From positions 124,001-188,000 of the forward strand of contig FLMG01001570.1 of assembly GCA_900088475.1 (NCBI GenBank): a DNA stretch of 64,000 bases, in the 5' to 3' direction. This stretch comes from Hyphochytrium catenoides. Lineage: Eukaryota > Protista > Hyphochytriomycota. The notes under the pieces are model-generated. The model searched no databases. It saw only the letters and a program-made list of their open reading frames with translations, and had not been told where the DNA came from. Position numbers and translations under genes: made by a program. Within the stretch, counting starts at the first letter, position 1. Every line of letters begins with the position of its first letter. Shown here piece by piece: positions 1 to 13,999 of the stretch.

Positions 1-3000
1 GGGAGAGGTAAGGGTCTATTAGCCTCCATATATTCTTCTCACCATGTTCCTGTGTCCTTGGCTATTGAGATCTTTTCTTCACGTGTACCGTCATACCTTA
101 GGATTTCGCGGATCTTCCTCTCGGATCCTTACTTTCTTCGATCTCAACAGGTATCTCCAGAACTTCTGCTATGGTTTGAAGAAGTGGGTGCTTCACGAGG
201 ATATGGTTGATGTGTCTGAGGAGGCTGTGAAACATACTGAACTGGCCCTAACCACCGGAAGGATTCTAGAGTGGTAAGCGAAGCATGAACACAGCAAAAC
301 GATGCCCTTGGGTGAAGAAGGGATGCTTGCGGGCTGAGTAACAGCTCCATGAAAGAGAAAAAGCGGTCTGGCCCCAACTTTTAGGCGTCAGCATGCACCA
401 ACCCCATAGAAGTAGCAAAATAGAGTATGCGGAGGGGGACCCGTAACCACGAAGGCTAAAGTGCTCTTTGCCTTAGGGATCCTGACCATCATCGAATCTC
501 CTTCCCTGGGTTGTTTGCCGACTTATCGTGGGCATACACCAGCAGCCGCAAACCCGGCTATACTAAATCAGGGCTACTTGGAAGGTAGGTTGAAACGGAG
601 GGGAAGACAGAATGGCTCAGGAGTCTGGTTGAGAGCAGGATTTGGAGTCACCACGAGTCAAGGACAGCTTAAACAAAGAGAAAAGGAAGTATATGGTAGT
701 TGCGAAGATGAGCTGCTGGTACAGTTCTAGACAGAGAGATATCAATACTTGGATCTTAAAAGAAGGAGGTAGTCAAACTTATCTTGTTCCCATCCTAGGT
801 TCATGGGCCTGACAGGCTGGAAAGAAGGAATGAATCATGAGGCTAGTCATGTGCCTCGCAAAAGGCAAAGAAAGTGGGCCGAGGTATGCTTAATGCATCT
901 AGGGCTTACCTTCCACGGCAGCAGTGGTTACGATCACAATGTGCCTATCTTCCATTTAGATTCCTTCTCCTGACGTCTCTTCTTCTATCTGCAAGCCGGT
1001 GAGGCCGCAGGAGTATCTGTTATGGCTTATAAGTGAGTGACATCTTCCCCATTGTGACAGATGAAGAATCTAGTTCTAGATTCCGATCGAGTGCAAGCCG
1101 CCATCGGGGAGGAGGCGAAAAGATTGGGTGGCGATGGTGGTTTGGCCGCTGCAAGGGCACTCAAAATCTATAAAGCCATGGCGGCTGACATTCAATACCC
1201 GACAGCTAGAGCGCTAGCCTGGTCGCTGAGAAAGGTCTTGTAACCATTTTGCTCTACGCTCTTAGCGCTTTGGACGCGATCTCTTGCCTTCTTTTCATTG
1301 TCGTGCTATTATCTTCTGCTGCCTTGCGGTCTCCTTTTCATCACTGGATGACGTCGTTGACAGAACTTCTGGGCTCGTCCACCTCATGCAGATATGGCGA
1401 AAAATCTACGACGGTATAATTGTGGATGAGCCGGGAATCAATCGGGTCAGACATCTGGCCAAGGACAAGAACCCCATTGTAAGTCAATACTCTCCCTTTA
1501 TCGATAATCTCTCTAATAAGCCATCCTTGCTTAAAGTCTAACACTCCGTTTAGCCCTCTTCTTGCCCGACTCCTTGCCTTGGATCAGTGCTATTGTCATT
1601 ATGTGGTACTGATATCTGTTGTCGGGCAACTTGTGCTTCCTTCTCTGTCAGCACCCATCGCGGTCTCCACCACCTGCCTCCTTTGTCGAACTGTATTACT
1701 TAGAGTCTCAGTCACGAGATTGGTTTGGCTAAGCTTAAACTTCTTTACTCTTTACCTCCCTTGCGGCAGGTCCTCATTCCAACCCACCGCTCCTACATCG
1801 ACTTCCTCCTTCTCTCCTACATCTTCTTTGCCTACAATCTACCCATCCCGTACATAGCAGCTGCGGAAGACTTTCAGAACCTGGGGAAGATGTCTCAACT
1901 TTTGCAAAGGGCAGGTGCTTTTTTCTTGAAGAGAAGAAAGGAAGGAGAGGCTGAGAAAAGGCGAGATGAAGACTTGCTGTACTACGCTATATTTACAGAG
2001 TATACGCAGAGGCTTCTAATGGACGGACAGGCCGTCGAGTTTTTTATAGAGGGAACCCGAAGCAGAAGTGGAAAGCAGCTAAAGCCTCGCTTCGGTCTAC
2101 TGAAGATAGTGATGGACGCGTTAGAGCGTGTGACCCTAGAGCGAGGGGATAGGAGCGCTGAAGCGATTGACGATGTGCACCTTGTCCCCATAACGATTGA
2201 TTATGAGAGGCCTCTGGAAGTGTCCTTGCACCAGAAAGAACTACTTGGTAGGCCACCTCTAGAAGTGCTATCCCCCTTCTTATAATCAATCATCTTCTCT
2301 CTTACCTTACAAACTCCACTACTTGCTGGTCGCTACAAGTTTTATCGTTCATTATCCCTCCTTGTATCTGAGCCAATCCCTAAAATCAACATAGGGGAGT
2401 CCAAGGTCCCCGAGTCCATAAGTTCTCTTCTTCGAGCTAGCCAAGTCCTCGGCTCTCAGTTCGGTTCAATTGCAGTCAGCTTTTCAAAACCCATCTCCCT
2501 CAGAAGTTTCCTGTCAGAGCAGAGCAATAAAGGTAAGAAAGTCAGGAAGATCGCTGGTTTCAGTGCTAGGCTCTTCCTTTCTTTTGCCGCCTTGTGCCTT
2601 TCGTTCTGAATGGGGCCTATGTCCTTATTTTCGCTGTGTGTTCTCTGCGGTAATTGTCCAGCTACCATGGTCAAACTTCTAACGCCCGAAAACCCACTGT
2701 CGTCAACCCTTTTTCGCAGGGAGTAGCCCCTCGACTCCCTCTCATTCGTCTTTGGTCAAGGCTAATGCTCCAGTGGAGCAGTTAGGCTACCTCCTGACAG
2801 AGCGCCTAATCTGCTCATCATCATGCATGGGCACGCATCTTGTGGCCGTACTTCTTCTGTTACATCGAAGTGGGATTAGCAAAGGGGAGCTAGTGGAACG
2901 AACGGATTGGCTACGAAGAGAAGTCGAGAGACGAGGAGGAACTGTCCACTGCGCACAAGGGATGAACAAGAAGGCTGTCGTCGATAGGTAACGCGTCCTG

Positions 3001-4861
3001 TATAGCTCTACTTCTACTTCCGAACGATTCCATCTCATGGGTTTGATGTAAGCCCACTTGTCGCTGCCGTCTAGCCCTGGGCGCTGCCGGGAGTTAGAGT
3101 TAAATCGCTATCTTCTGTTTCCCGTACTAATCCCTTCTTCGTAGGGCAGTGCGGCTTCTAGGGACATTGGTTGTGCAACGTCGGAAAGACTACTTTGAGC
3201 CGAACGTCGCTGAAAGGGAGAACTATGAGAATCTTATGGGCCTAGGTTATTATAGGAACAAGGTATCGTTCTGATAGCTATCACGCTATCAGTGGTCCTA
3301 TCGTCCTGCTCACCTTCTTTGGAATGATGCCTCCCAGCTTACGTTCTCCATATAGATATTCCACAAATATCTTCCACTGACTGAATCGCTCTCTATTTAT
3401 AGATACTTCACCTGTTCGACATTGAGGGTATTGTGGCCTGCGCCTTCTACTCGTTAACATCAAGGCAGAAGTCAATATCAACCGCGACAACCAGAGGACA
3501 TGACGTGGAGATGAAATTAGCTGGAGGAATTAAGGAGGACAGAGTTGAGGATGCTGTGTCAGCGGAGGTGCTCAAGTCGGAGGCATCATTCCTTCTGGTG
3601 AGCATTTAGGGTCGTAATTACGTCTCTTCCTTACTCTCATCTGTTTTTGCTTCTCCAACACGCATTCTCATTGCTCATCACTGGAGTATCCATCGTCCCC
3701 GAATGTCCGAAGAGCATTATCTTGCGGTTCTTGTTCTTACTGACGTTTCCTGCAGTCTGTCCTGCAGCCCGAGTTTGCCAGTCGCTTTGACCGGTTACCT
3801 TCGGTTATAGATGGAGCTCTAGAGCGTATTATCAAGCATGGCATCCTTGAGATGAGGGAGCATGGATGCTTAAGGGTCGAAAGAAAAGGGGAACGAATGT
3901 TCTCAATGCTGTGTGGACTGATGTGGCCCTTCGTTGACAGGTAATAGACCTTTCTTCAGATCACTATCCAGCGATCATCAGTCCGGTCAAATGTTGGACT
4001 TTCTTCTTCTCTGTTATTGGCTTCTCGCGGGTGTTACGCCATATCTCCAATGCTCTACCCATAATTCCTATGCCTGGTTGGCCTTACATTTTACGAACTC
4101 CAGCTACCGTTTTCAGCTCCCTGATAGTATTTGTGACCTAACAACGTCACGTTCCGCAGCTACTGGGTCAGTATCGTCAGCTTACTGGCATTGCAGCAGC
4201 AAAGAGGGATGGCCGAGTCAGCCCTTTTGCACCGCATGCAATGGTTGGCAGAGACCATGTACCACGAGCGTGTCATCGTGCACTACGAGAGCTGTTCTGC
4301 AGAGACCCTCAGGAATGCGTTGAGCTTCTTAGAGGTAAGTTCGTGAGGGCCTTTAAGCGGTCGAAAGGCTGGTAGAGACTTGAAGGTCAGTCGGTAAACG
4401 ACTTTGCTCGTATTCATGTCCTCTTGCCATTGGACAGCAATGGGGCGTTGTAATGCGGCGCTGGGATGTGGACGAGGCGGGTAACGATATACCTGGTACT
4501 AAGCCAGGGAACACTGTGATGCTCTTCCTCAGTCAAGAGTTTGAGGATGTAAGTGAACGAATAGTACGCCATCGCCAGATCCCCCATCTTCTCACATCTT
4601 TTCGTCCTTGGTTTGAGCCTCCTCTTGTGTTTGACGCTACTGCTAAGTCCTCTTTTACTACCTAGTTTCCTCTGTGCGACTTTCTGTCAGCACTTGATAT
4701 TTATCTTCCCCTCTCCGCATACGTTTGTCTAGGCTGAGAAGATCTCGTCGCTGGCAGATAAGGTGGGCCAGTTCCGCAAGCTGCCACCCACCTTCAGCTC
4801 TCCTCCTGCCACTCTTGCGACAAAGCTTGTTACCCAGTTCCCGATCCTTGCCAAGCTCTAA
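1..4861 (+). CDS. Bifunctional fatty acyl-CoA reductase / dihydroxyacetone-phosphate acyltransferase (FARAT-like), 5'-truncated by the window edge, multi-exon
   Basis: Splicing 1-7 to 150-273 gives ..ERYLQNFCYGLKKWVLHED, resembling the FAR C-terminal 'Sterile' domain. The exon from ~1770 has the acyltransferase motifs PTHRSYID (HxxxxD), GAFFLKR, FFIEGTRSRSGK and VPITIDYE. The last exon 4733-4861 ends ..QFPILAKL*, a PTS1 signal. Exons are bounded by GT-AG. Confidence 0.85.
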
Positions 4862-5130
4862 TGTATAAAGTTTAAAGTCAGATGCTCCCTTCCAATCTGT
4901 CAGATGCTCTCTCTGCCTTCTCTTCGAGGCCTTGTAACAGATAGAGTGTCCGTCATAAGATGGGCTAACGTTAAGTCGCTATAAAATGTTCTAGTATTAC
5001 CTATGGCTTACCCTAAGCCATACATAATATATAGAGAATAACGTGGCAGAAGTGGAGGAAAAACGGACAAAGCCAATCTTCTCTGTGTTGAAAAGATCTG
5101 AGTTCTTTTCTTCGAAGAGTGAGCTCTTTC

Positions 5131-5185
5131 CCTCTCTCTCTCTCTCTCTCTCTGTCTTTTGCTCTCTCTCTCTCTCTCTCTCTCT
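5131..5185 (+). repeat. (CT)n microsatellite upstream of TMF1
   Basis: Two adjacent CT dinucleotide runs are visible. Confidence 0.95.
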
Positions 5186-5499
5186 TGATGCATCGTCTCT
5201 GTCTCTCCCATTGTTCTCCTCCTGCCATGACGCCGCTGACATTTCCTTCGTCTCTCTTCCCCTTGGCATCATAGCGATCTCCCGCTGCTGGTTGGTCGGT
5301 GAAACTCATCGTTTGTTTGTCGAGAAGACTAAGAGGCAAGCGTCCGCAGTGAGAGATGACAGAGAGAGTAGACTTCACATGGGTTCCTTATCGATGTTAG
5401 CTCTTCTTAGCACAGTGCTGTGTCGGATAAGAAGAGGAGGAGGCTAGTCTGCCAAGGGCGACCACTGGACCAGCAGGACGGGGGGAGAAGGGCGCAAGC

Positions 5500-8400
5500 A
5501 TGTGGAAGGAATGGGGAAAGGGGCTGGAGTTCCTCAAAGAGGGCGTAGAGCACATCAACAAGATCAAGGATGAGTATGAGAAGCAGCTCAACGAAGCAGT
5601 CGGTGTAAAGCCGTCTCTTCCCTCCTCCATGTCCTCTTCGTCTATCGCTTCCGCTGCCTCCCTCAGCGCTGCTACTTCAACAAGCTCTAAGCTTACTGGA
5701 GCAGATCTCCTAGCTGCTGTCCCTGCTCAGGGGCTTCAGGATGCTGAACGAAGGGCAAAGAAGGAAGAGAAAGCAGCGGAAAAGGAGGCGCTGAATGTCG
5801 GTGGCAGTGATCGAGATGGAGAGGAACAGAAGAGAGACCCAAGCCTCAGAGAGGCACAGTCTGAAGGAAGTGGATGGGGAGACCTTGACTTTCCGGAGGA
5901 TGAAGGCGAAGCTGCTTCCTCCTTCAAAAAGGGCGAGCAAGGCACCGCAGGAGATAACTCGACAGACCTCGCCCTTTCTCGGCTTCCTACGACTGTCTCT
6001 CCTCCAAATCAAGCTAATGAAAGCAGAGACAGTCCGCTAAACGGGGAAGGGAAGGAAGAGTCAGGCCAAGAAGCAAGAGACGAAGCTGCGAAGCCCAAAG
6101 ATGCCAAGACAGCGGTACAACCGCGCAGAATAGATGACCAGAGCGAGGGAGCTAGGGGAAGGCGAGACGACATCGTGACTGAGGAAGGTATACCAAGCAC
6201 GGAAGCGGTGACCCAGGTCTGAGGCTTTCCTTGTAAGCGTCAGTCTACAAATCTCTAACTCGTACTCCGTACGTTATCTCCATGGTATGGGCATCTCTGC
6301 ATTCAACAGCTTACGGATGTTCAGGCAGAGGGCGGAGGCAGGCCGGGGCCTGAGGCCACGATATCTAAAGACCTGGCGCCAGGTGTCGACTTACCCTCAC
6401 AGACTATGATAGATAAACGGAAAGAGCAAAGAACAGGGCAAAGAGCAGGACCGACAGAGCCACTAAGCCGCGATCCGCAAGAAAGCAGGCCCCCAAAAGA
6501 GGAAGTGAAGCAGGAACTGCCATCAGTTCCCACACATTTGGTCCAGAGTCGGACTGAGAATGCAGCTGAAGCGCGACAGAGGTATCGGAAGGCTATTAAG
6601 GCACATAAAGTCGACAGCTGCCCTCCTTCTATTTCTTCCTCTGCTTGCTGCCGTCACAAAGATACAAAAGAAGAATTAACCTTGTCCAACTCCATCACCG
6701 TCGGGCTTCCTTACACCTTGTCTTCATTACTAGGGTCCTTCAGGGCATCAGCAGGGTGAGTTCCCGGCTCAACAATGAAGCAGAGGGCAACGCCACCAAG
6801 GTGAGCTTTCGTGCTTATAAAGTGGACAGTAGGGACAGACTTGGGAAGATGCTCACACCTCTCCACGTAACAGATTACTGCCATACAGCTTTTCCGAAGA
6901 CAGTTAAAGAGAGCTGAAGAAAGCAGAGATGTCAATGCACTTATGGACTGTGCTGGCGCTATGCTGGCGGCCCTCGAGGAGCATGATCCTGGTATGCGCT
7001 AGGTCTCTTTGTGAACAAATTCTCCGCCATTCTGCCCGTTCCTCCTCCTTCTGTGTGAAATGCGCTGAAATCCTCCGTCATTTTTATAGAACAACAAGCC
7101 AGTTATCACGCGGATCTAGCAGCGCTGAAGGAAGCTTTAGAAAAGCTAGGACAAGAAGACAACGACGACAATGCATCTTCTTCTCTCCTGCTAAGGGAAG
7201 TGGAAAGATGGCAGTCGGCGCATCGCTCGCTGCAGGATGTGCTGAGACAGAGGGAAAGGCAACTGGAATCTGCTTCAGCGGCACTAGCAGAGATGAATCT
7301 AAAGGTGGGTTTGAAGGCCAGCCCTGCCCTTTCCCAAGCTTCCTGCACTCTCTGCATAGTATCCGTGATGCTAAATGATACGAAGCAGGTTGAGAAGAGT
7401 GCTGAGGCAGAGCAACAAGCGAGAAACGACGTTGCTTCTTTGCGGCTACAACTGCTTCAAGCCCAACAGAGGATAGTAGACATGGAGAAAGAGAAGGCGA
7501 TAGGGTCCAATGCAACTGGATCTTTACAGCAGCTCCTACTAGTGCTCCAGGAGGAAAATGATGACAAAGAAAGAAAGATCAATGCACTCCTCAACGAGGG
7601 ACAAGAGTGGTCCAAAAAAAGCTTCAAACTGGAGCAAACAGTGAAGGAAATGAGAAATCTTCTAGCCGATAATGAGAGAGAGCTGGCGGACTTGAGGTGA
7701 TTCATCAATTGCTTGTCTTTTCTTTTGGCGTATAATCGTTTTGTGCCATGTGATTGTCGTTCAGTTCGTCTACTCCGATAGTCGCTACGACGAGCTCTCC
7801 ACAGCCCTGTCTTCTGAGCTTTCCCACTCTTCCAAGTCATCTCTTCTGACCGTTTAGTCCATAGGACGAAGCTGCAGAGCTCCTCACAAACGGTGGAGGA
7901 TCTGAAGGCGAGGCTACAGACTGCCATGGATGAGCGGAAGGCGGCGGAGAAGGCGGCCAAGAACTCCCAGGCTGCTAGTGATGCAGCGCATAAAAAGCTG
8001 ATAGCTAAGAGTGCAGAAAACGATAAAAGCACTGAAAAGGTGCGAAGGCAGAGAATCTATGAACTTTTAGGTTTCAGCTCCAAGTGTTGTGCACAGTCAT
8101 ATGCCCTTTCATTATCTTCGCGCTATGTGACCGCGCCTCGCCGCCGGCAGCCAATTTGTTAACCGGGATACATTTCTAAGCTATGAATGTTGTCATTAGT
8201 GCAAGGAGCTTCAAGAGACCCTTGACAGATCCTACAAAGAGATAGCTCGGCTTGAGGCGGAGGCGAAGGTCCTACAAAGCAGTGCGGCAGAAAGCAGACG
8301 GAAAGGAGAAAGAGAAAGAGAGGATGCGCAAGCACTTGCTAAAGCACAGGAAGGTTGGGACGCTGAGAAGATGGCTCTAGAGTCTACGATAAAACAACTG

Positions 8401-11101
8401 CAGTTTGCCCTCTCTAGGTACTCTCAACCGTCTCATGTATCGACACCGTATCTCAAGTTGCAACTTCATTCTTGCTTAACTCTTTTAAATTGCCAATCAC
8501 AGACATTGGCCAACCACCCAGGTTGCTGATGCAAGTTCAAGCTATTCTGCTTATATTATGCGCTCTTCCTTTCCTTTTCTCAGTCAAACAGCTCCTCACA
8601 GAGTACACTTTCTATCTGTAGATCTCAGGCTGATTTCCAGCTAAGAGAAGAAGGACTTCGTGGGGAGATCCAGGACATGAAGAGGCGATGGGAAGAAGCA
8701 ATAAGAAGGTAAGCTGAGGAACTGTACTGCAGAGAGGTAGTTCTCTATATATTGTTGGATCATTAGGGTTTCGAAATGCTCATAAAACTCGGGCTCTCTT
8801 CATCCACAGAAATGACGACTCTGGCCAGGCTGTGACTGAAGCCACAGCTCCACTTCTCAGGCAGATTGCCGCACTTCAAGCTGAGAGTCAGGCCAGGACT
8901 GCCTCCTGGATGTCTTCAGAGGAGAGTTGGCTTTCACGGCTTAGGGCGGCTGAGGTAAGGACGCGAACCCGTCAGAGAGGGAAGGTGTGGCTTGAAGACG
9001 ACAGGAAATCGGGCCTTGAAAAGTAGATTAGAGGGAACGACAGTAAGGGGATGAGGAGCTAGCTTCCTGGCAACTAGTCGTAAGACTATAAAGACAAGCA
9101 GTGACCCGGGATTGATGCGCAGGGCTCTCTTTTGGCTGCTGAAGAACAGAAGCGGAGTGCGGAGGAGGAGCGCTCAAAGCTGGCCAATATAGTTGCCAAG
9201 CAGGAAGGCGATCTTTCTTCGCTGAGGTAGGATGAAGCAACTATAGGACGTCATCTTCAGCCTTACATCCCAAAACTTGAGGACTGTCTTCTTCAAATAT
9301 GGCTTCAAACCTTTCCGCGCTTAGCTGCGCGCTTCTATTTGCCGCCATTCATTTCTCTTTCGTCTCCCTCCTTCTATCCCAATGCTGTTCGCATTCTAGT
9401 GTAGGGCGCTTCCCGCCCTCTGTCGAGTGGATGTCTTACTTTGGCTTGACAGGTCTCAGCTTTCCCATCTCAACGAGCAGGCTTCATCCTGGAGAAGTCA
9501 CCAGCAGGAGCTCGAGCAACGTCAGATGGAGCTTCAGGAGCTTGTGCACAACCTCCAGAACAGTCAACGAGAAGTCTCCAAAGTAAGAGTTGGAGAGCTA
9601 ATCAAGATGTTGGTTCCATGAGTCGTTTAACTTGAGTCGATTCTGGTCTGTCATGACTCTCGCTGCTCTCCCTGATCCTCGTTGTCTAAGGTGTGGTGAC
9701 ACACTCACGTGTGCTGCTTGCTCATGGTTCTTGCTCGAGCCTAACCCTGTATATCTTGCTTCTCGTCCCTTGTCCCTCTCTCACATTGGCAGGAGAAGCG
9801 CTTGTTAGAGCTACAGTATCACAATGCAAAGCAAGAGTTGGATGATCGACAACGCTCTTTAATGGCTGAGCTGGAGGCTGCTAAGGAGAGAGAACTCCAC
9901 CTTAACTCGAAGATCGCTGCATTGGAGGCCAGGTCTACTACTCAGGTCTGGTCCTCCTCAAACCCGACACCCTGTGGATAGAGCCTATTGTTCCTGTACC
10001 ATTTAGGCTTTCAGTCAGTAACTCTTCTTCCCAGTTCTTTCTCCTTTATACATTGAGCTCTGAGAATCACGTAACATACCTCAATCTACTTCTGCATTCC
10101 TTTCAGTCATCAGCGATCCTTGCCGCACCGGAGCCGCAGCCGTCGGGGGTGTATCCTCCCTCACAGACCCAGACAGGGATACTCCAGGCAACCCTTCTGG
10201 GGTCTGACGCGTTTAACAATGCATCCTTTGGGACAGGGACAATAGGCAATGTTCTCGCGACAGGACAGGTAGATGGAACGCTGACTGATGTCCACAGACT
10301 GCAGCAAAAGCTCAACTCCAAGGAAACGGAGCTTGCGTCAGCGAACGTAGGCTCTTCAAGTCACTACTTCTTCCTACAGTTCCTCGTTTATATAAATGTC
10401 TTCTTGATGGAAGCTCTTACGTCGTCATACTCCTTCCTATGTCACTTTGGGCTTGCCGATATGCAATGTACGGACCTTTGACTGTTAGAATGAATTCCTG
10501 CCCCCTTGACCTGTCTGTTGTCCTTCTCTTATGGCAGCGAAGCTACTAACCTCCCTACCACCACATCAGGTCAAAGTGCAAGAACTCCAGAGATCCTACT
10601 CAGACCTAGCGACAGAGGTCGTGCGGCTGACTCAGCGGAATACAGAGCTAGAGGAGGCGTGTCATAGGGCAGAGCAGTGGCAGGAAGACTACCGCGAGGT
10701 GTCAAAGCGCCATGATATCCTACTGGAACTTCTTGGGGAGAGGGATGAACAGCTAGAGGAACTACAGGAAGAGTTTAAGGAAGTGAAGGTAAGGGCAGTC
10801 GTGATTTGCCCGTAGCCGGAGCCTGCTCACAGTCTTCCGGATGCTCTGATCTCTTTGGCAAGTGGCCCTCACGGCAATCTCTGCCTTCCTATTGTATGGC
10901 GCCTCTCGCTGTTGCAGACTGGTTGTCTGCCGGTGCTATCATCTGGCGTGCTGTCATGTCCTTTTCTATCCCTCCTGTTAGTAGAGATGACTTTGTTCGT
11001 GTTTGTTCCCGCCATGTCCTGGCCTTGCTCGTTTAGTCTGATCTGTGTCGTTCTAACAGGAGATGTATAAGAGACAGATTGACGAACTTCTGAAGCGATG
11101 A
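5500..11101 (+). CDS. TMF1: TATA element modulatory factor / golgin (TMF1/Sgm1 family), multi-exon coiled-coil protein
   Basis: Long coiled-coil exons with the internal motif KINALLNEGQEWSKKSFKLEQTVKEMR. The C-terminal motif LATEVVRLTQRN..HDILLELLGERDEQLEELQEEFKEVK is spliced to a final exon 11060-11101, EMYKRQIDELLKR*. Confidence 0.88.
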
Positions 11102-11658
11102 GCCTGAAAGGAAGCCTTCCCTTAGCCCACGTGGACTGTCGCTCTAAGTATTTATGGATGTAATTAATGCCGATAGAAGATGTGGACCTATCTGACGGGC
11201 TGCATAGTACTCATCTCAAATGAGCCTCTTCCAAGACCTCAAGGTGGTTGGCCGTGCCCTCATATGATCGGCTGAGGCAGGGTTCCCTGTCCAGGGCATA
11301 TATCATCTTCTAGTTCTTCAAATTGCTATGGAAGGGTGTCTGTACATTGATTATTTATCAATCTAAGTCTGTCTACATCCTAATACACCTACAGATCTGA
11401 ACTTTATTTCCATGGCTCCGCCCCGAGACAGAGAGAGAGCAGAGGAGGTGTCTCCTCCATTCCCCTTCAATAAACTTAAGGTCGGAGCCAGTAGAGGGCT
11501 GCCAGATCAAACCATCGCTGCAGTGCGGGTGAGTGTACAGCTATACAGAAGGCACTGCAGGCTTACATCTACAAGGCTACTTACTATGTATAAAATGTAC
11601 AGGTGGAATACAGCTGCGGCTCGCTCCTACAACGCTGGCTTAGAGCCGCCCGGAGCAT

Positions 11659-13629
11659 TTATGACTCTTCATCTATGCCACAGCGGTCCAAAAAGGACAT
11701 GATAATGGGCAAAAAGCCGTAGTAGTCCTTTGTTGGTCGGTTCCTCGGGCCTTTGAGATAGTGCTTCCAGTGATTTAGGCACTGCTCGGCGTACTCCTCG
11801 TCGGCCTCCTCCAGCTGGCGATATAGGTCGGCGAACAGAGGGAATATGTTCACCAGCAGCCGGATCTCTCCCTCTTCGGGGTCACAGCACTCAATGACCT
11901 CCATCATCTCGCATACCAAGTCGCCGGCAACCCTTTCCAAGCCTACACGATATGACATCAGTAGGGAGTTGTGGTCATCACCGGTCCAAACCGCTTACCT
12001 AGGAGAGCATCTTTCTTGAACTTCTTTTCCGCATACTTTTGAGGTGAGTACTTGGCTTCATAGACACTCTGCTTCGGTAGCCCGGCCTCTTTAACCTGAA
12101 GTAACAAACGGTAATGAATGAGCCTACTTTCTAGACCAAGCACCTTTGACGGTCGCCTTACCAAGAAGTCCAGCTTCTTGAGGTCGCTGTCACTGAACTC
12201 TATCCGAGTTTCTGGCTCCGTAAAATCTCCAGTATGTAGAAAGTAATCCACAAGGGACTCGACGTTGTACACTACCGCGGTGCCGTTGCTTCTTGTGAAC
12301 GTGAACTACACAGCCAGAAGGGAATGAGCCTACCAGGCCTGTTCATTGCCTGCTATCCCGCAACAGCAGACTACATACCGTTACATCGGTCAACTCTGTC
12401 AGCATGATGGGATCAAGCTCATTGAGCTTTTGTTGGGTGCAGTTTCGTTTTTCCATAGTCCCTCCACTGCGGGGTATGTTAATCTTCTCAGCTGGTGATG
12501 CCTCAGGATCTGTTTGCAACCATGAACAAAAAGTGAGGCGAGGAAACTTGCGCATGTTCCAAGCTCCTCTCCCTACCAGTTTGGTCGCATCTCTTCCTCT
12601 TCAGAGGTAGGATCTCAGTATGGGACTGCAGTGCTTCTGTGCTCATGCCTTCTGCCTCACCCGTCACCACTGGTAGCCGTGTAGCTTGTGGTTCCTGTCG
12701 AACTGGTCTTTGTTGTTCCCTACGCCTACGTCTCGCGTGCCTACGTCTACGCCGTTTAAGGATCCGCCGGTACCGGACCAAGTCGTAATCCTTCTCTAAC
12801 TTTCGATATAACTCTTCCTTTGAGTAGTGCTCTACGTCTGTAAGGCCGAGATCGATCGCCCAACTAACAAGAATGACAGTTAATATTGGGCTTCTAAACA
12901 GCCTTACACCACAACAGCTCTTCAAGAAGAAGGCGTGAAGGAGGTGATAAGGCAGCTACCGATCGGGATATGAATCACCTACGAACCTTCTTAATGACGC
13001 TAAGGATGGGGAGGAACGTGTTCGCATAGCTGATAGTCACCTACTTCCTTCAGAACCAATGTCGCCGGGACAAAACCACGCCACGGTGAGCAGCACCTTG
13101 TCACTCTAACCACGACGGGAAGATCTTGGCTTCCAGGGACCAATTTTGGCTGAACACTGTTGGAAGATAGTCAAGCACCTTCCGCAACAAAACCCAATCC
13201 ACAAAAGATGCGGAATAGGAAGCACCGCTGTTGCTGAGCCAGAAGAATCTTTCCAGCAAGGCTGATGGCCCGTCAAAGCGCTGTAGCGGCGCTATCCTAA
13301 CGCTCTCAGCGGAGGCGGAAACGGTGGTTAAAGAGGGCAAACTGAAGAATGATGACGACCAAGGTCTTTGCTCGAGGAAACCAGGCCAGAAGGGAAAGGC
13401 AGGGGAAGCCAGACCCCCATAGAAGTTCTACTTCCTGCTCTGTTCTTCTTCCTCTCTTCAGCTTCCTCGTCTTCATCTCACTGACTAGCCAGCTCTTGTC
13501 CTTGGGCCCCCCAGCCTCTGTCTCTTCTTCTCCTTCACTCTCTCGCTTGTTGCTGTCCTTTCTCTCTTCCCCTATCTCTAGAGCTCCTCTGTCTCCATCT
13601 TCAACCTCGTATCGCTCTAGGGCTGTCAT
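11659..13629 (-). CDS. Spliced protein of unknown function with a degenerate U-box/RING-like motif; 5' end uncertain
   Basis: ORF pieces join through phase-compatible GT-AG introns into ..KLNELDPIMLTELTDVT|FTFTRSNGTAVVYNVESLVDYFLHTGDFTEPETRIEFSDSDLKKLDFL|VKEAGLPKQSVYEAKY..DALLG|LERVAGDLV..GPRNRP..EES*. An Arg-rich NLS-like tract lies upstream. Exons above ~12870 are not resolved. Confidence 0.7.
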
Positions 13630-13999
13630 CTATCTATCTCCCTCTGTCTCGTCCGACCTTCCCCGCTTGACATCTGCTCACTGTCTCTTCCCTTCCTCCT
13701 CCCTGTTTCCTGATGGGAGGAGGGTTCGTAGGAGGAAGGTTAGATCTTGTCCTACGACTGCCGGGAGTTACTATTAGGCGATAGAGAGGAATGTGTGAGG
13801 GTGAGAGCCCACCCAACTGTATTACTACTGCTGCGCACTTCGGAGAGGAGGATGAACCTTCTTCAAAAGGAGAGTGAGGCTGAGGACTATCTGGGCCTGA
13901 AGGTACTGTGATTATATATGTATGAGGAAAGGGTGGAGGTAAGCAGAGTGGGTTTGAGGGCTCATTTGTGTGAGTATTTCCTGGATAGTTCATTGAAGC

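Noticed and set aside
4997-5447. ORFs with RERERE or SLSLSL runs here and near 23300, 50700 and 63700
   Set aside because: These are translations of CT/GA microsatellites, not genes.
11956-11960. TGATG stop-start overlap between ORFs 12272-11958 and 11958-11659, suggesting translational coupling
   Set aside because: The overlap lies inside a canonical GTAAGC..TAG intron that joins the two ORFs in frame.
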